From Eledone cirrhosa (lineage: Eukaryota), in assembly GCA_964016885.1 (NCBI GenBank), contig OZ024741.1, forward strand, positions 396,056,001 through 396,120,000: 64,000 nucleotides of DNA, read 5' to 3'. Under the pieces are notes generated by a model. That model saw nothing but the letters and a program-made list of their open reading frames with translations, was not told the origin of the DNA and did not search any database. Made by a program: the position numbers and the translations under genes. Of this stretch, positions 28,301 through 43,600 are shown one piece after another (positions within the stretch are counted from its first letter, which is position 1; each line of letters begins with the position of its first letter).

Positions 28301-31300
28301 ACCACTAGGGTCAAAGTGCATCAATCAGTCACACCACAAGGGTCAAATTCCTTTAATCAGTCACACCACATGGGTCAAAGTGTTTCAATCAGTAACACCA
28401 CAAGGGTCAAAGTGCATCAATCAGTCACACCACAAGAGTTAAAGTGCAACAATCAGTCACACCACAAGGGTCAAAGTGCATCAATCAGTCACACCACAAG
28501 GGTCAAAATGCATCAATCAGTCACACCACAAGAGTCAAAGTGCATCAATCAGTCACACCACAAGGGTCAAAGTGCATCAATCAGTCACACCACAAGGGTC
28601 AAAGTGTTTCAATCAGTCACACCACAGGGGTCAAAGTGCATCAATCAATCACACCACAAGGGTCAAAGTGCATCAATCAGTCACACCACAAGGGTCAAAG
28701 TGCATCAATCAGTCACACCACAAGGGTCAAATTCCTTCAATCAGTCACACCACAAGGGTCAAAGTGTTTCAATCAGTCACACCACAAGGGTCAAAGTGCA
28801 TCAATCAGTCACACCACAAGGGTCAAATTCCTTCAATCAGTCACACCACAAGGGTCAAAGTGTTTCAATCAGTCACACCACAAGGGTCAAAGTGTTTCAA
28901 TCAGTCACACTACAAGGGTCAAAGTGCATCAATCAGTCACACCACATGGGTCAAATTCCTTCAATCAGTCACACCACAAGGGTCAAAGTGCATCAATCAG
29001 TCACACCACAAGGGTCAAATTCCTTCAATCAGTCACACCACAAGAGTCAAAGTGCATCAATCAGTCACACCACAAGGGTCAAATTCCTTCAATCAGTCAC
29101 ACCACAAGAGTCAAAGTGCATCAATCAGTCACACCACAAGGGTCAAATTCCTTCAATCAGTCACACTACAAGAGTCAAAGTGCATCAATCAGTCACACCA
29201 CAAGAGTCAAAGTGCATCAATCAGTCACACCACAAGGGTCAAATTCCTTCAATCAGTCAGACCAAAAGAGTCAAAGTGCATCAATCAGTCACACCACAAG
29301 AGTCAAAGTGCATCAATCAGTCACACCACAAGAGTCAAAGTGCATCAATCAGTCACACCACAAGGGTCAAATTCCTTCAATCAGTCACACCACAAGGGTC
29401 AAAGTGCATCAATCAGTCACACCACAAGAGTCAAAGTGCATCAATCAGTCACACCACAAGAGTCAAAGTGCATCAATCAGTCACACCAGAAGGGTCAAAG
29501 TGCATCAATCAGTCACACCAATAGGATGAAATTCCTTCAATCAGTCACGCCACAAGAGTCAAAGTGCATCAATCAGTCACACCACAAGGGTCAAATTCCT
29601 TCAATCAGTCACACCACAAGGGTCAAAGTGCATCAATCAGTCACACCACAAGAGTCAAAGTGCATCAATCAGTCACACCACAAGAGTCAAAGTGCATCAA
29701 TCAGTCACACCACAAGGGTCAAAGTGCATCAATCAGTCACACCACAAGGGTCAAAGTGCATCAATCAGTCACACCACAAGGGTCAAATTCCTTCAATCAG
29801 TCACACCAAAAGAGTCAAAGTGCATCAATCAGTCACACCACAAGGGTCAAATTCCTTCAATCAGTCACACCACAAGAGTCAAAGTGCATCAATCAGTCAC
29901 ACCACAAGAGTCAAAGTGCATCAATCAGTCACACCACAAGGGTCAAATTCCTTCAATCAGTCACACCACAAGAGTCAAAGTGCATCAATCAGTCACACCA
30001 CAAGGGTCAAAGTGCATCAATCGGTCACACCACAAGGGTCAAAGTGCAACAATCAGTCACACCACAAGGGTCAATTTCCTTCAATCAGTCACACCACAAG
30101 AGTCAAAGTGCATCAATCAGTCACACCACAAGATTCAAAGTGCATCAATCAGTCACACCACAAGGGTCAAAGTGCATCAATCAGTCACACCACAAGGGTC
30201 AAATTCCTTCAATCAGTCACACCACAAGGGTCAAAGTGCATCAATCAGTCACACCACAAGAGTCAAAGTGCATCAATCAGTCACACCACAAGGGTCCAAT
30301 TCCTTCAATCAGTCACACCACAAGAGTCAAAGTGCATCAATCAGTCACACCACAAGTGTCAAAGTGCATCAATCAGTCACACCAGAAGGGTCAAAGTGCA
30401 TCAATCAGTCACACCACAAGGGTCAAAGTGCATCAATCAGTCACACCACAAGAGTCAAAGTGCATCAATCAGTCACACCACAAGGGTCAAATTCCTTTAA
30501 TCAGTCACACCACATGGGTCAAAGTGTTTCAATCAGTAACACCACAAGGGTCAAAGTGCATCAATCAGTCACACCACAAGAGTTAAAGTGCAACAATCAG
30601 TCACACCACAAGGGTCAAAGTGCATCAATCAGTCACACCACAAGGGTCAAAATGCATCAATCAGTCACACCACAAGAGTCAAAGTGCATCAATCAGTCAC
30701 ACCACAAGGGTCAAAGTGCATCAATCAGTCACACCACAAGGGTCAAAGTGTTTCAATCAGTCACACCACAAGGGTAAAAGTGCATCAATCAATCACACCA
30801 CAAGGGTCAAAGTGCATCAATCAGTCACACCACAAGGGTCAAAGTGCATCAATCAGTCACACCACAAGGGTCAAATTCCTTCAATCAGTCACACCACAAG
30901 AGTCAAAGTGCATCAATCAGTCACACCACAAGGGTCAAATTTCTTCAATCAGTCACACCACAAGAGTCAAAGTGCATCAATCAGTCACACCACAAGAGTC
31001 AAAGTGCATCAATCAGTCACACCACAAGGGTCAAATTCTTTCAATCAGTCACACCACAAGAGTCAAAGTGCATCAATCAGTCACACCACAAGGGTCAAAG
31101 TGCATCAATCAGTCACACCACAAGGGTCAAAGTGCATCAATCAGTCACACCACAAGGGTCAAATTCCTTCAATCAGTCACACCACAAGGGTCAAAGTGCA
31201 TCAATCAGTCACACCACAAGAGTCAAAGTGCATCAATCAGTCACACCACAAGGGTCAAATTCCTTCAATCAGTCACACCACAAGAGTCAAATTCCTTCAA

Positions 31301-34300
31301 TCAGTCACACCACAAGAGTCAAAGTGCATGAATCAGTCACACCACAAGGGTCAAAATGCATCAATCAGTCACACCACAAGGGTCAAATTCCTTCAATCAG
31401 TCACAACACAAGAGTCAAAGTGCATCAATCAGTCACACCACAAGGGTCAAATTCCTTCAATCAGTCACACCACAAGAGTCAAAGTGCATCAATCAGTCAC
31501 ACCACAAGGGTCAAATTTCTTCAATTAGTCACACCACAAGAGTCAAAGTGCATCAATCAGTCACACCACAAGAGTCAAAGTGCATCAATCAGTCACACCA
31601 CAAGGGTCAAATTCCTTCAATCAGTCACACCACAAGAGTCAAAGTGCATCAACCTGTCACACCACAAGGGTCAAAGTGCATCAATCAGTCACACCACAAG
31701 GGTCAAAGTGCATCAATCAGTCACACCACAAGGGTCAAATTCCTTCAATCAGTCACACCACAATGGTCAAAGTGCATCAATCAGTCACACCACAAGAGTC
31801 AAAGTGCATCAATCAGTCACACCACAAGGGTCAAAGTGCATCAATCAGTCACACCACAAGGGTCAAAGTGCATCAATCAGTCACACCACAAGGGTCAAAG
31901 TGCATCAATCAGTCACACCACAAGGGTCAAAGTGCATCAATCAGTCACACCACAAGGGTCAAATTCCTTCAATCAGTCACACCACAAGAGTCAAAGTGCA
32001 TCAATCAGTCACACCACAAGGGTCAAAGTAGATCAATCAGTCACACCACAAGGGTCAAATTCCTTCAATCAGTCACACCACAAGAGTCAAAGTGCATCAA
32101 TCAGTCACACCACAAGGGTCAAATTCCTTCAATCAGTCACACCACAAGGGTCAAATTCCTTCAATCAGTCACACCACAAGAGTCAAATTCCTTCAATCAG
32201 TCACACCACAAGAGTCAAAGTGCATGAATCAGTCACACCACAAGGGTCAAAATGCATCAATCAGTCACACCACAAGGGTCAAATTCCTTCAATCAGTCAC
32301 AACACAAGAGTCAAAGTGCATCAATCAGTCACACCACAAGGGTCAAAATCCTTCAATCAGTCACACCACAAGAGTCAAAGTGCATCAATCAGTCACACCA
32401 CAAGGGTCAAAGTGCATCAATCAGTCACACCACTAGGGTCAAAGTGCATCAATCAGTCACACCACAAGGGTCAAATTCCTTTAATCAGTCACACCACATG
32501 GGTCAAAGTGTTTCAATCAGTAACACCACAAGGGTCAAAGTGCATCAATCAGTCACACCACAAGAGTTAAAGTGCAACAATCAGTCACACCACAAGGGTC
32601 AAAGTGCATCAATCAGTCACACCACAAGGGTCAAAATGCATCAATCAGTCACACCACAAGAGTCAAAGTGCATCAATCAGTCACACCACAAGGGTCAAAG
32701 TGCATCAATCAGTCACACCACAAGGGTCAAAGTGTTTCAATCAGTCACACCACAAGGGTCAAAGTGCATCAATCAATCACACCACAAGGGTCAAAGTGCA
32801 TCAATCAGTCACACCACAAGGGTCAAAGTGCATCAATCAGTCACACCACAAGGGTCAAATTCCTTCAATCAGTCACACCACAAGGGTCAAAGTGTTTCAA
32901 TCAGTCACACCACAAGGGTCAAAGTGCATCAATCAGTCACACCACAAGGGTCAAATTCCTTCAATCAGTCACACCACAAGGGTCAAAGTGTTTCAATCAG
33001 TCACACCACAAGGGTCAAAGTGTTTCAATCAGTCATACTACAAGGGTCAAAGTGCATCAATCAGTCACACCACATGGGTCAAATTCCTTCAATCAGTCAC
33101 ACCACAAGGGTCAAAGTGCATCAATCAGTCACACCACAAGGGTCAAATTCCTTCAATCAGTCACACCACAAGAGTCAAAGTGCATCAATCAGTCACACCA
33201 CAAGGGTCAAATTCCTTCAATCAGTCACACCACAAGAGTCAAAGTGCATCAATCAGTCACACCACAAGGGTCAAATTCCTTCAATCAGTCACACTACAAG
33301 AGTCAAAGTGCATCAATCAGTCACACCACAAGAGTCAAAGTGCATCAATCAGTCACACCACAAGGGTCAAATTCCTTCAATCAGTCAGACCAAAAGAGTC
33401 AAAGTGCATCAATCAGTCACACCACAAGAGTCAAAGTGCATCAATCAGTCACACCACAAGAGTCAAAGTGCATCAATCAGTCACACCACAAGGGTCAAAT
33501 TCCTTCAATCAGTCACACCACAAGGGTCAAAGTGCATCAATCAGTCACACCACAAGAGTCAAAGTGCATCAATCAGTCACACCACAAGAGTCAAAGTGCA
33601 TCAATCAGTCACACCAGAAGGGTCAAAGTGCATCAATCAGTCACACCAATAGGATGAAATTCCTTCAATCAGTCACGCCACAAGAGTCAAAGTGCATCAA
33701 TCAGTCACACCACAAGGGTCAAATTCCTTCAATCAGTCACACCACAAGGGTCAAAGTGCATCAATCAGTCACACCACAAGAGTCAAAGTGCATCAATCAG
33801 TCACACCACAAGAGTCAAAGTGCATCAATCAGTCACACCACAAGGGTCAAAGTGCATCAATCAGTCACACCACAAGGGTCAAAGTGCATCAATCAGTCAC
33901 ACCACAAGGGTCAAATTCCTTCAATCAGTCACACCAAAAGAGTCAAAGTGCATCAATCAGTCACACCACAAGGGTCAAATTCCTTCAATCAGTCACACCA
34001 CAAGAGTCAAAGTGCATCAATCAGTCACACCACAAGAGTCAAAGTGCATCAATCAGTCACACCACAAGGGTCAAATTCCTTCAATCAGTCACACCACAAG
34101 AGTCAAAGTGCATCAATCAGTCACACCACAAGGGTCAAAGTGCATCAATCGGTCACACCACAAGGGTCAAAGTGCAACAATCAGTCACACCACAAGGGTC
34201 AATTTCCTTCAATCAGTCACACCACAAGAGTCAAAGTGCATCAATCAGTCACACCACAAGATTCAAAGTGCATCAATCAGTCACACCACAAGGGTCAAAG

Positions 34301-34615
34301 TGCATCAATCAGTCACACCACAAGGGTCAAATTCCTTCAATCAGTCACACCACAAGGGTCAAAGTGCATCAATCAGTCACACCACAAGAGTCAAAGTGCA
34401 TCAATCAGTCACACCACAAGGGTCCAATTCCTTCAATCAGTCACACCACAAGAGTCAAAGTGCATCAATCAGTCACACCACAAGTGTCAAAGTGCATCAA
34501 TCAGTCACACCAGAAGGGTCAAAGTGCATCAATCAGTCACACCACAAGGGTCAAAGTGCATCAATCAGTCACACCACAAGAGTCAAAGTGCATCAATCAG
34601 TCACACCACAAGGGT
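26330..34615 (+). repeat. Tandem block duplication, unit 4128 bp (129 monomers), near-identical copies
   Basis: ORF pairs are offset by 4128: 26460/30588, 27228/31356, 28124/32252, 29564/33692. ACCAATAGGATGAAA lies at 29517 and 33645. Confidence 0.93.
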
Positions 34616-36399
34616 CAAAGTGCATCAATCAGTCACACCACAAGGGTCAAAGTGCATCAATCATTCACACCACAAGGGTAGAAGTGCATCAATCAGTCAC
34701 ACCACAAGGGTCAAATTCCTTCAATCAGTCACACCACAAGAGTCAAAGTGCATCAATCAGTCACACCACAAGGGTCAAAGTGCATCAATCAGTCACACCA
34801 CAAGGGTCAAATTCCTTCAATCAGTCACACAACAAGAGTCAAAATGCATCAATCAGTCACACCACAAGAGTCAAAGTGCATCAATCAGTCACACCACAAG
34901 GGTCAAATTCCTTCAATCAGTCACACCACAAGAGTCAAAGTGCATCAATCAGTCACACCACAAGGGTCAAATTCCTTCAATCAGTCACACCACAAGGGTC
35001 AAAGTGCATCAATCAGTCACACCACAAGGGTCAAATTCCTTCAATCAGTCACACCACAAGAGTCAAAGTGCATCAATCAGTCACACCACAAGGGTCAAAG
35101 TGCATCAATCAGTCACACCACAAGAGTCAAAGTGCATCAATCAGTCACACCACAAGGGTCAAAGTGCATCAATCAGTCACACCACAAGGGTCAAATTCCT
35201 TCAATCAGTCACACAACAAGAGTCAAAATGCATCAATCAGTCACACCACAAGAGTCAAAGTGCATCAATCAGTCACACCACAAGGGTCAAATTCCTTCAA
35301 TCAGTCACACCACAAGGGTCAAAGTGCATCAATCAGTCACACCACAAGGGTCAAATTCCTTCAATCAGTCACACCACAAGAGTCAAAGTGCATCAATCAG
35401 TCACACCACAAGGGTCAAAGTGCATCAATCAGTCACACCACAAGAGTCAAAGTGCATCAATCAGTCACACCACAAGGGTCAAATTCCTTCAATCAGTCAC
35501 ACCACAAGAGTCAAAGTGCATCAATCAGTCACACCACAAGGGTCGAAGTGCATCAATCAGTCACACCACAAGGGTCAAAGTGTTTCAATCAGTCACACCA
35601 CAAGGGTCAAAGTGCATCAATCAGTCACACCACAAGGGTCAAAGTGTTTCAATCAGTCACACCACAAGGGTCAAAGTGCATCAATCAGTCACACCACAAG
35701 AGTCAAAGTGCATCAATCAGTCACACCACAAGGGTCAAAGTGCATCAATCAGTCACACCACAAGGGTCAAAGTGTTTCAATCAGTCACACCACAAGGGTC
35801 AAAGTGCATCAATCAGTCACACCACAAGGGTCAAAGTGCATCAATCAGTCACACCACAAGGGTCAAAGTGCATCAATCAGTCACACCACAAGGGTCAAAT
35901 TCCTTCAATCAGTCACACCACAAGGGTCAAAGTGTTTCAATCAGTCACACCACAAGGGTCAAAGTGCATCAATCAGTCACACCACAAGGGTCAAAGTGCA
36001 TCAATCAGTCACACCACAAGGGTCAAATTCCTTCAATCAGTCACACCACAAGGGTCAAAGTGCATCAATCAGTCACACCACAAGGGTCAAAGTGCATCAA
36101 TCAGTCACACCACAAGAGTCAAAGTGCTTCAATCAGTCACACCACAAGGGTCAAATTCCTTCAATCAGTCACACCACAAGGGTCAAAGTGCATCAATCAG
36201 TCACACCACAAGGGTCAAAGTGCATCAATCAGTCACACCACAAGGGTCAAATTCCTTCAATCAGTCACACCACAAGGGTCAAAGTGCATCAATCAGTCAC
36301 ACCACAAGGGTCAAATTCCTTCAATCAGTCACACCACAAGGGTCAAAGTGCATCAATCAGTCACACCACAAGGGTCAAAGTGCATCAATCAGTCACACC

Positions 36400-39300
36400 A
36401 CAAGAGTCAAAGTGCATCAATCAGTCACACCACAAGGGTCAAAGTGCATCAATCAGTCACACCACAAGGGTCAAAGTGCATCAATCAGTCACACCACAAG
36501 GGTCAAATTCCTTCAATCAGTCACACCACAAGGGTCAAAGTGCATCAATCAGTCACACCACAAGGGTCAAAGTGTTTCAATCAGTCACACCACAAGGGTC
36601 AAAGTGCATCAATCAGTCACACCACAAGGGTCAAAGTGCATCAATCAGTCACACCACAAGGGTCAAAGTGCATCAATCAGTCACACTACAAGGGTCAAAG
36701 TGCATCAATCAGTCACACCACAAGGGTCAAAGTGCTTCAATCAGTCACACCACAAGGGTGAAAGGACATCAATTGGTCACACCACAAGAGTCAAAGTGCA
36801 TCAATCAGTCACACCACAACGGTCAAAGTGCATCAATCAGTCACACCACAAGGGTCAAAGTGCTTCAATCAGTCACACCACAAGGGTCAAAGTGCATCAA
36901 TCAGTAACACCACAATAGTCAAAGAGCATCAATCAGTCACACCACAAGGGTCAACGTGCATCAATCAGTCACACCACAAGGGTCAAAGTGCATCAATCAG
37001 TCACACCACAAGGGTCAAAGTGCATCAATCAGTCACACCACAAGGGTCAAAGTGCATCAATCAGTTACAACACAAGAGTCAATGTGCATCAATCAGTTAC
37101 ACCACAAGAGTCAAAGTGCATCAATCAGTCACACCACAAGGGTCAAAGTGCTTCAATCAGTCACACCACAAGGGTCAAAGTGCATCAATCAGTTACACCA
37201 CAAGAGTCAAAGTGCATCAATCAGTTACACCACAAGAGTCAAAGTGCATCAATCAGTCACACCACAAGAGTCAAAGTGCATCAATCAGTCACACCACAAG
37301 GGACAAAGTGCATCAATCAGTCACACCACAAAGGTCAAAGTGCATCAATCAGTCACACCACAAGAGTCAAAGTGCATCAATCAGTCACACCACAAGGGTC
37401 AAAGTGCATCAATCAGTCACACCACAAGGGTCAAAGTGCATCAATCAGTCACACCACAAGGGTCAAAGTGCATCAATCAGTCACACCACAAGGGTCAAAG
37501 TGCATCAATCAGTCACACCACAAGAGTCAAAGTGCATCAATCAGTCACACCACAAGGGTCAAATTCCTTCAATCAGTCACACCACAAGAGTCAAAGTGCA
37601 TCAATCAGTCACACCACAAGGGTCAAAGTGCATCAATCAGTCACACCACAAGAGTCAAAGTGCATCAATCAGTCACACCACAAGGGTCAAAGTGTTTGAA
37701 TCAGTCACACCACAAGGGTCAAAGTGCATCAATCAGTCACACCACAAGAGTCAAAGAGCATCAATCAGTCACACCACAAGGGTCAAAGTGCATCAATCAG
37801 TCACACCACAAGGGTCAAAGTGCATCAATCAGTCACACCACAAGGGTCAAATTCCTTCAATCAGTCACACCACAAGGGTCAAAGTGTTTCAATCAGTCAC
37901 ACCACAAGGGTCAAAGTGCATCAATCAGTCACACCACAAGGGTCAAAGTGCATCAATCAGTCACACCACAAGGGTCAAATTCCTTCAATCAGTCACACCA
38001 CAAGGGTCAAAGTGTTTCAATCAGTCACACCACAAGGGTCAAAGTGTTTCAATCAGTCACACTACAAGGGTCAAAGTGCATCAATCAGTCACACCACAAG
38101 AGTCAAAGTGCATCAATCAGTCACACCACAAGAGTCAAAGTGCATCAATCAGTCACACCACAAGGGTCAAATTCCTTCAATCAGTCACACCACAAGAGTC
38201 AAAGTGCATCAATCAGTCACACCACAAGGGTCGAAGTGCATCAATCAGTCACACCACAAGGGTCAAAGTGTTTCAATCAGTCACACCACAAGGGTCAAAG
38301 TGCATCAATCTGTCACACCGCAAGAGTCAAAGTGCATCAATCAGTCACACCACAAGGGTCAAATTCCTTCAATCAGTCACACCACAAGGGTCAAAGTGCA
38401 TCAATCAGTCACACCACAAGAGTCAAAGTGCATCAATCAGTCACACCACAAGGGTCAAATTCCTTCAATCAGTCACACCACAAGGGTCAAAGTGCATCAA
38501 TCGGTCACACCACAAGAGTCAAAGTGCATCAATCAGTCACACCACAAGAGTCAAAGTGCATCAATCAGTCACACCACAAGGGTCAAAGTGCATCAATCAG
38601 TCACACCACAAGGGTCAAATTCCTTCAATCAGTCACGCCACAAGAGTCAAAGTGCATCAATCAGTCACACCACAAGGGTCAAATTCCTTCAATCAGTCAC
38701 ACCACAAGGGTCAAAGTGCATCAATCAGTCACACCACAAGAGTCAAAGTGCATCAATCAGTCACACCACAAGGGTCAAAGTGCATCAATCAGTCACACCA
38801 CAAGGGTCAAAGTGCATCAATCAGTCACACCACAAGGGTCAAATTCCTTCAATCAGTCACACCAAAAGAGTCAAAGTGCATCAATCAGTCACACCACAAG
38901 GGTCAAATTTCTTCAATCAGTCACACCACAAGAGTCAAAGTGCATCAATCAGTCACACCACAAGAGTCAAAGTGCATCAATCAGTCACACCACAAGGGTC
39001 AAATTCCTTCAATCAGTCACACCACAAGAGTCAAAGTGCATCAATCAGTCACACCACAAGAGTCAAAGTGCATCAATCAGTCACACCACAAGGGTCAAAG
39101 TGCTTCAATCAGTCACACCACAAGGGTCAAAGTGCATCAATCAGTTACACCACAAGAGTCAAAGTGCATCAATCAGTTACACCACAAGAGTCAAAGTGCA
39201 TCAATCAGTCACACCACAAGAGTCAAAGTGCATCAATCAGTCACACCACAAGGGACAAAGTGCATCAATCAGTCACACCACAAAGGTCAAAGTGCATCAA

Positions 39301-42300
39301 TCAGTCACACCACAAGAGTCAAAGTGCATCAATCAGTCACACCACAAGGGTCAAAGTGCATCAATCAGTCACACCACAAGGGTCAAAGTGCATCAATCAG
39401 TCACACCACAAGGGTCAAAGTGCATCAATCAGTCACACCACAAGGGTCAAAGTGCATCAATCAGTCACACCACAAGAGTCAAAGTGCATCAATCAGTCAC
39501 ACCACAAGGGTCAAATTCCTTCAATCAGTCACACCACAAGAGTCAAAGTGCATCAATCAGTCACACCACAAGGGTCAAAGTGCATCAATCAGTCACACCA
39601 CAAGAGTCAAAGTGCATCAATCAGTCACACCACAAGGGTCAAAGTGTTTGAATCAGTCACACCACAAGGGTCAAAGTGCATCAATCAGTCACACCACAAG
39701 AGTCAAAGAGCATCAATCAGTCACACCACAAGGGTCAAAGTGCATCAATCAGTCACACCACAAGGGTCAAAGTGCATCAATCAGTCACACCACAAGGGTC
39801 AAAGTGCATCAATCAGTCACACCACAAGGGTCAAATTCCTTCAATCAGTCACACCACAAGGGTCAAAGTGTTTCAATCAGTCACACCACAAGGGTCAAAG
39901 TGCATCAATCAGTCACACCACAAGGGTCAAAGTGCATCAATCAGTCACACCACAAGGGTCAAATTCCTTCAATCAGTCACACCACAAGGGTCAAAGTGTT
40001 TCAATCAGTCACACCACAAGGGTCAAAGTGTTTCAATCAGTCACACTACAAGGGTCAAAGTGCATCAATCAGTCACACCACAAGAGTCAAAGTGCATCAA
40101 TCAGTCACACCACAAGGGTCAAATTCCTTCAATCAGTCACACCACAAGAGTCAAAGTGCATCAATCAGTCACACCACAAGGGTCGAAGTGCATCAATCAG
40201 TCACACCACAAGGGTCAAAGTGTTTCAATCAGTCACACCACAAGGGTCAAAGTGCATCAATCTGTCACACCGCAAGAGTCAAAGTGCATCAATCAGTCAC
40301 ACCACAAGGGTCAAATTCCTTCAATCAGTCACACCACAAGGGTCAAAGTGCATCAATCAGTCACACCACAAGAGTCAAAGTGCATCAATCAGTCACACCA
40401 CAAGGGTCAAATTCCTTCAATCAGTCACACCACAAGGGTCAAAGTGCATCAATCGGTCACACCACAAGAGTCAAAGTGCATCAATCAGTCACACCACAAG
40501 AGTCAAAGTGCATCAATCAGTCACACCACAAGGGTCAAAGTGCATCAATCAGTCACACCACAAGGGTCAAATTCCTTCAATCAGTCACGCCACAAGAGTC
40601 AAAGTGCATCAATCAGTCACACCACAAGGGTCAAATTCCTTCAATCAGTCACACCACAAGGGTCAAAGTGCATCAATCAGTCACACCACAAGAGTCAAAG
40701 TGCATCAATCAGTCACACCACAAGGGTCAAAGTGCATCAATCAGTCACACCACAAGGGTCAAAGTGCATCAATCAGTCACACCACAAGGGTCAAATTCCT
40801 TCAATCAGTCACACCAAAAGAGTCAAAGTGCATCAATCAGTCACACCACAAGGGTCAAATTTCTTCAATCAGTCACACCACAAGAGTCAAAGTGCATCAA
40901 TCAGTCACACCACAAGGGTCAAATTCCTTCAATCAGTCACACCACAAGAGTCAAAGTGCATCAATCAGTCACACCACAAGGGTCAAAGTGCATCAATCAG
41001 TCACACCACAAGGGTCAAAGTGCATCAATCAGTCACACCACAAGGGTCAAATTCCTTCAATCAGTCACACCACAAGGGTCAAAGTGCATCAATCAGTCAC
41101 ACCACAAGGGTCAAAGTGTTTCAATCAGTCACACCACAAGGGTCAAAGTGCATCAATCAGTCACACCACAAGGGTCAAAGTGCATCAATCAGTCACACCA
41201 CAAGGGTCAAAGTGCATCAATCAGTCACACTACAAGGGTCAAAGTGCATCAATCAGTCACACCACAAGGGTCAAAGTGCTTCAATCAGTCACACCACAAG
41301 GGTGAAAGGACATCAATTGGTCACACCACAAGAGTCAAAGTGCATCAATCAGTCACACCACAACGGTCAAAGTGCATCAATCAGTCACACCACAAGGGTC
41401 AAAGTGCTTCAATCAGTCAAACCACAAGGATCAAAGTGCATCAATCAGTAACACCACAATAGTCAAAGAGCATCAATCAGTCACACCACAAGGGTCAACG
41501 TGCATCAATCAGTCACACCACAAGGGTCAAAGTGCATCAATCAGTCACACCACAAGGGTCAAAGTGCATCAATCAGTCACACCACAAGGGTCAAAGTGCA
41601 TCAATCAGTTACAACACAAGAGTCAATGTGCATCAATCAGTTACACCACAAGAGTCAAAGTGCATCAATCAGTCACACCACAAGGGTCAAAGTGCTTCAA
41701 TCAGTCACACCACAAGGGTCAAAGTGCATCAATCAGTTACACCACAAGAGTCAAAGTGCATCAATCAGTTACACCACAAGAGTCAAAGTGCATCAATCAG
41801 TCACACCACAAGAGTCAAAGTGCATCAATCAGTCACACCACAAGGGACAAAGTGCATCAATCAGTCACACCACAAAGGTCAAAGTGCATCAATCAGTCAC
41901 ACCACAAGAGTCAAAGTGCATCAATCAGTCACACCACAAGGGTCAAAGTGCATCAATCAGTCACACCACAAGGGTCAAAGTGCATCAATCAGTCACACCA
42001 CAAGGGTCAAAGTGCATCAATCAGTCACACCACAAGGGTCAAAGTGCATCAATCAGTCACACCACAAGAGTCAAAGTGCATCAATCAGTCACACCACAAG
42101 GGTCAAATTCCTTCAATCAGTCACACCACAAGAGTCAAAGTGCATCAATCAGTCACACCACAAGGGTCAAAGTGCATCAATCAGTCACACCACAAGAGTC
42201 AAAGTGCATCAATCAGTCACACCACAAGGGTCAAAGTGTTTGAATCAGTCACACCACAAGGGTCAAAGTGCATCAATCAGTCACACCACAAGAGTCAAAG

Positions 42301-43600
42301 AGCATCAATCAGTCACACCACAAGGGTCAAAGTGCATCAATCAGTCACACCACAAGGGTCAAAGTGCATCAATCAGTCACACCACAAGGGTCAAAGTGCA
42401 TCAATCAGTCACACCACAAGGGTCAAATTCCTTCAATCAGTCACACCACAAGGGTCAAAGTGTTTCAATCAGTCACACCACAAGGGTCAAAGTGCATCAA
42501 TCAGTCACACCACAAGGGTCAAAGTGCATCAATCAGTCACACCACAAGGGTCAAATTCCTTCAATCAGTCACACCACAAGGGTCAAAGTGTTTCAATCAG
42601 TCACACCACAAGGGTCAAAGTGTTTCAATCAGTCACACTACAAGGGTCAAAGTGCATCAATCAGTCACACCACAAGAGTCAAAGTGCATCAATCAGTCAC
42701 ACCACAAGGGTCAAATTCCTTCAATCAGTCACACCACAAGAGTCAAAGTGCATCAATCAGTCACACCACAAGGGTCGAAGTGCATCAATCAGTCACACCA
42801 CAAGGGTCAAAGTGTTTCAATCAGTCACACCACAAGGGTCAAAGTGCATCAATCTGTCACACCGCAAGAGTCAAAGTGCATCAATCAGTCACACCACAAG
42901 GGTCAAATTCCTTCAATCAGTCACACCACAAGGGTCAAAGTGCATCAATCAGTCACACCACAAGAGTCAAAGTGCATCAATCAGTCACACCACAAGGGTC
43001 AAATTCCTTCAATCAGTCACACCACAAGGGTCAAAGTGCATCAATCGGTCACACCACAAGAGTCAAAGTGCATCAATCAGTCACACCACAAGAGTCAAAG
43101 TGCATCAATCAGTCACACCACAAGGGTCAAAGTGCATCAATCAGTCACACCACAAGGGTCAAATTCCTTCAATCAGTCACGCCACAAGAGTCAAAGTGCA
43201 TCAATCAGTCACACCACAAGGGTCAAATTCCTTCAATCAGTCACACCACAAGGGTCAAAGTGCATCAATCAGTCACACCACAAGAGTCAAAGTGCATCAA
43301 TCAGTCACACCACAAGGGTCAAAGTGCATCAATCAGTCACACCACAAGGGTCAAAGTGCATCAATCAGTCACACCACAAGGGTCAAATTCCTTCAATCAG
43401 TCACACCAAAAGAGTCAAAGTGCATCAATCAGTCACACCACAAGGGTCAAATTTCTTCAATCAGTCACACCACAAGAGTCAAAGTGCATCAATCAGTCAC
43501 ACCACAAGAGTCAAAGTGCATCAATCAGTCACACCACAAGGGTCAAATTCCTTCAATCAGTCACACCACAAGAGTCAAAGTGCATCAATCAGTCACACCA
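36400..43600 (+). repeat. Three copies of a block of about 1.9 kb (offsets 1952 and 2592 bp); copies 1 and 3 share upstream context (offset 4544 bp)
   Basis: GGACAAAG at 37301/39253/41845, TCTGTCACACCGCA at 38309/40261/42853, and GGTGAAAGGA at 36757/41301. Confidence 0.88.
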
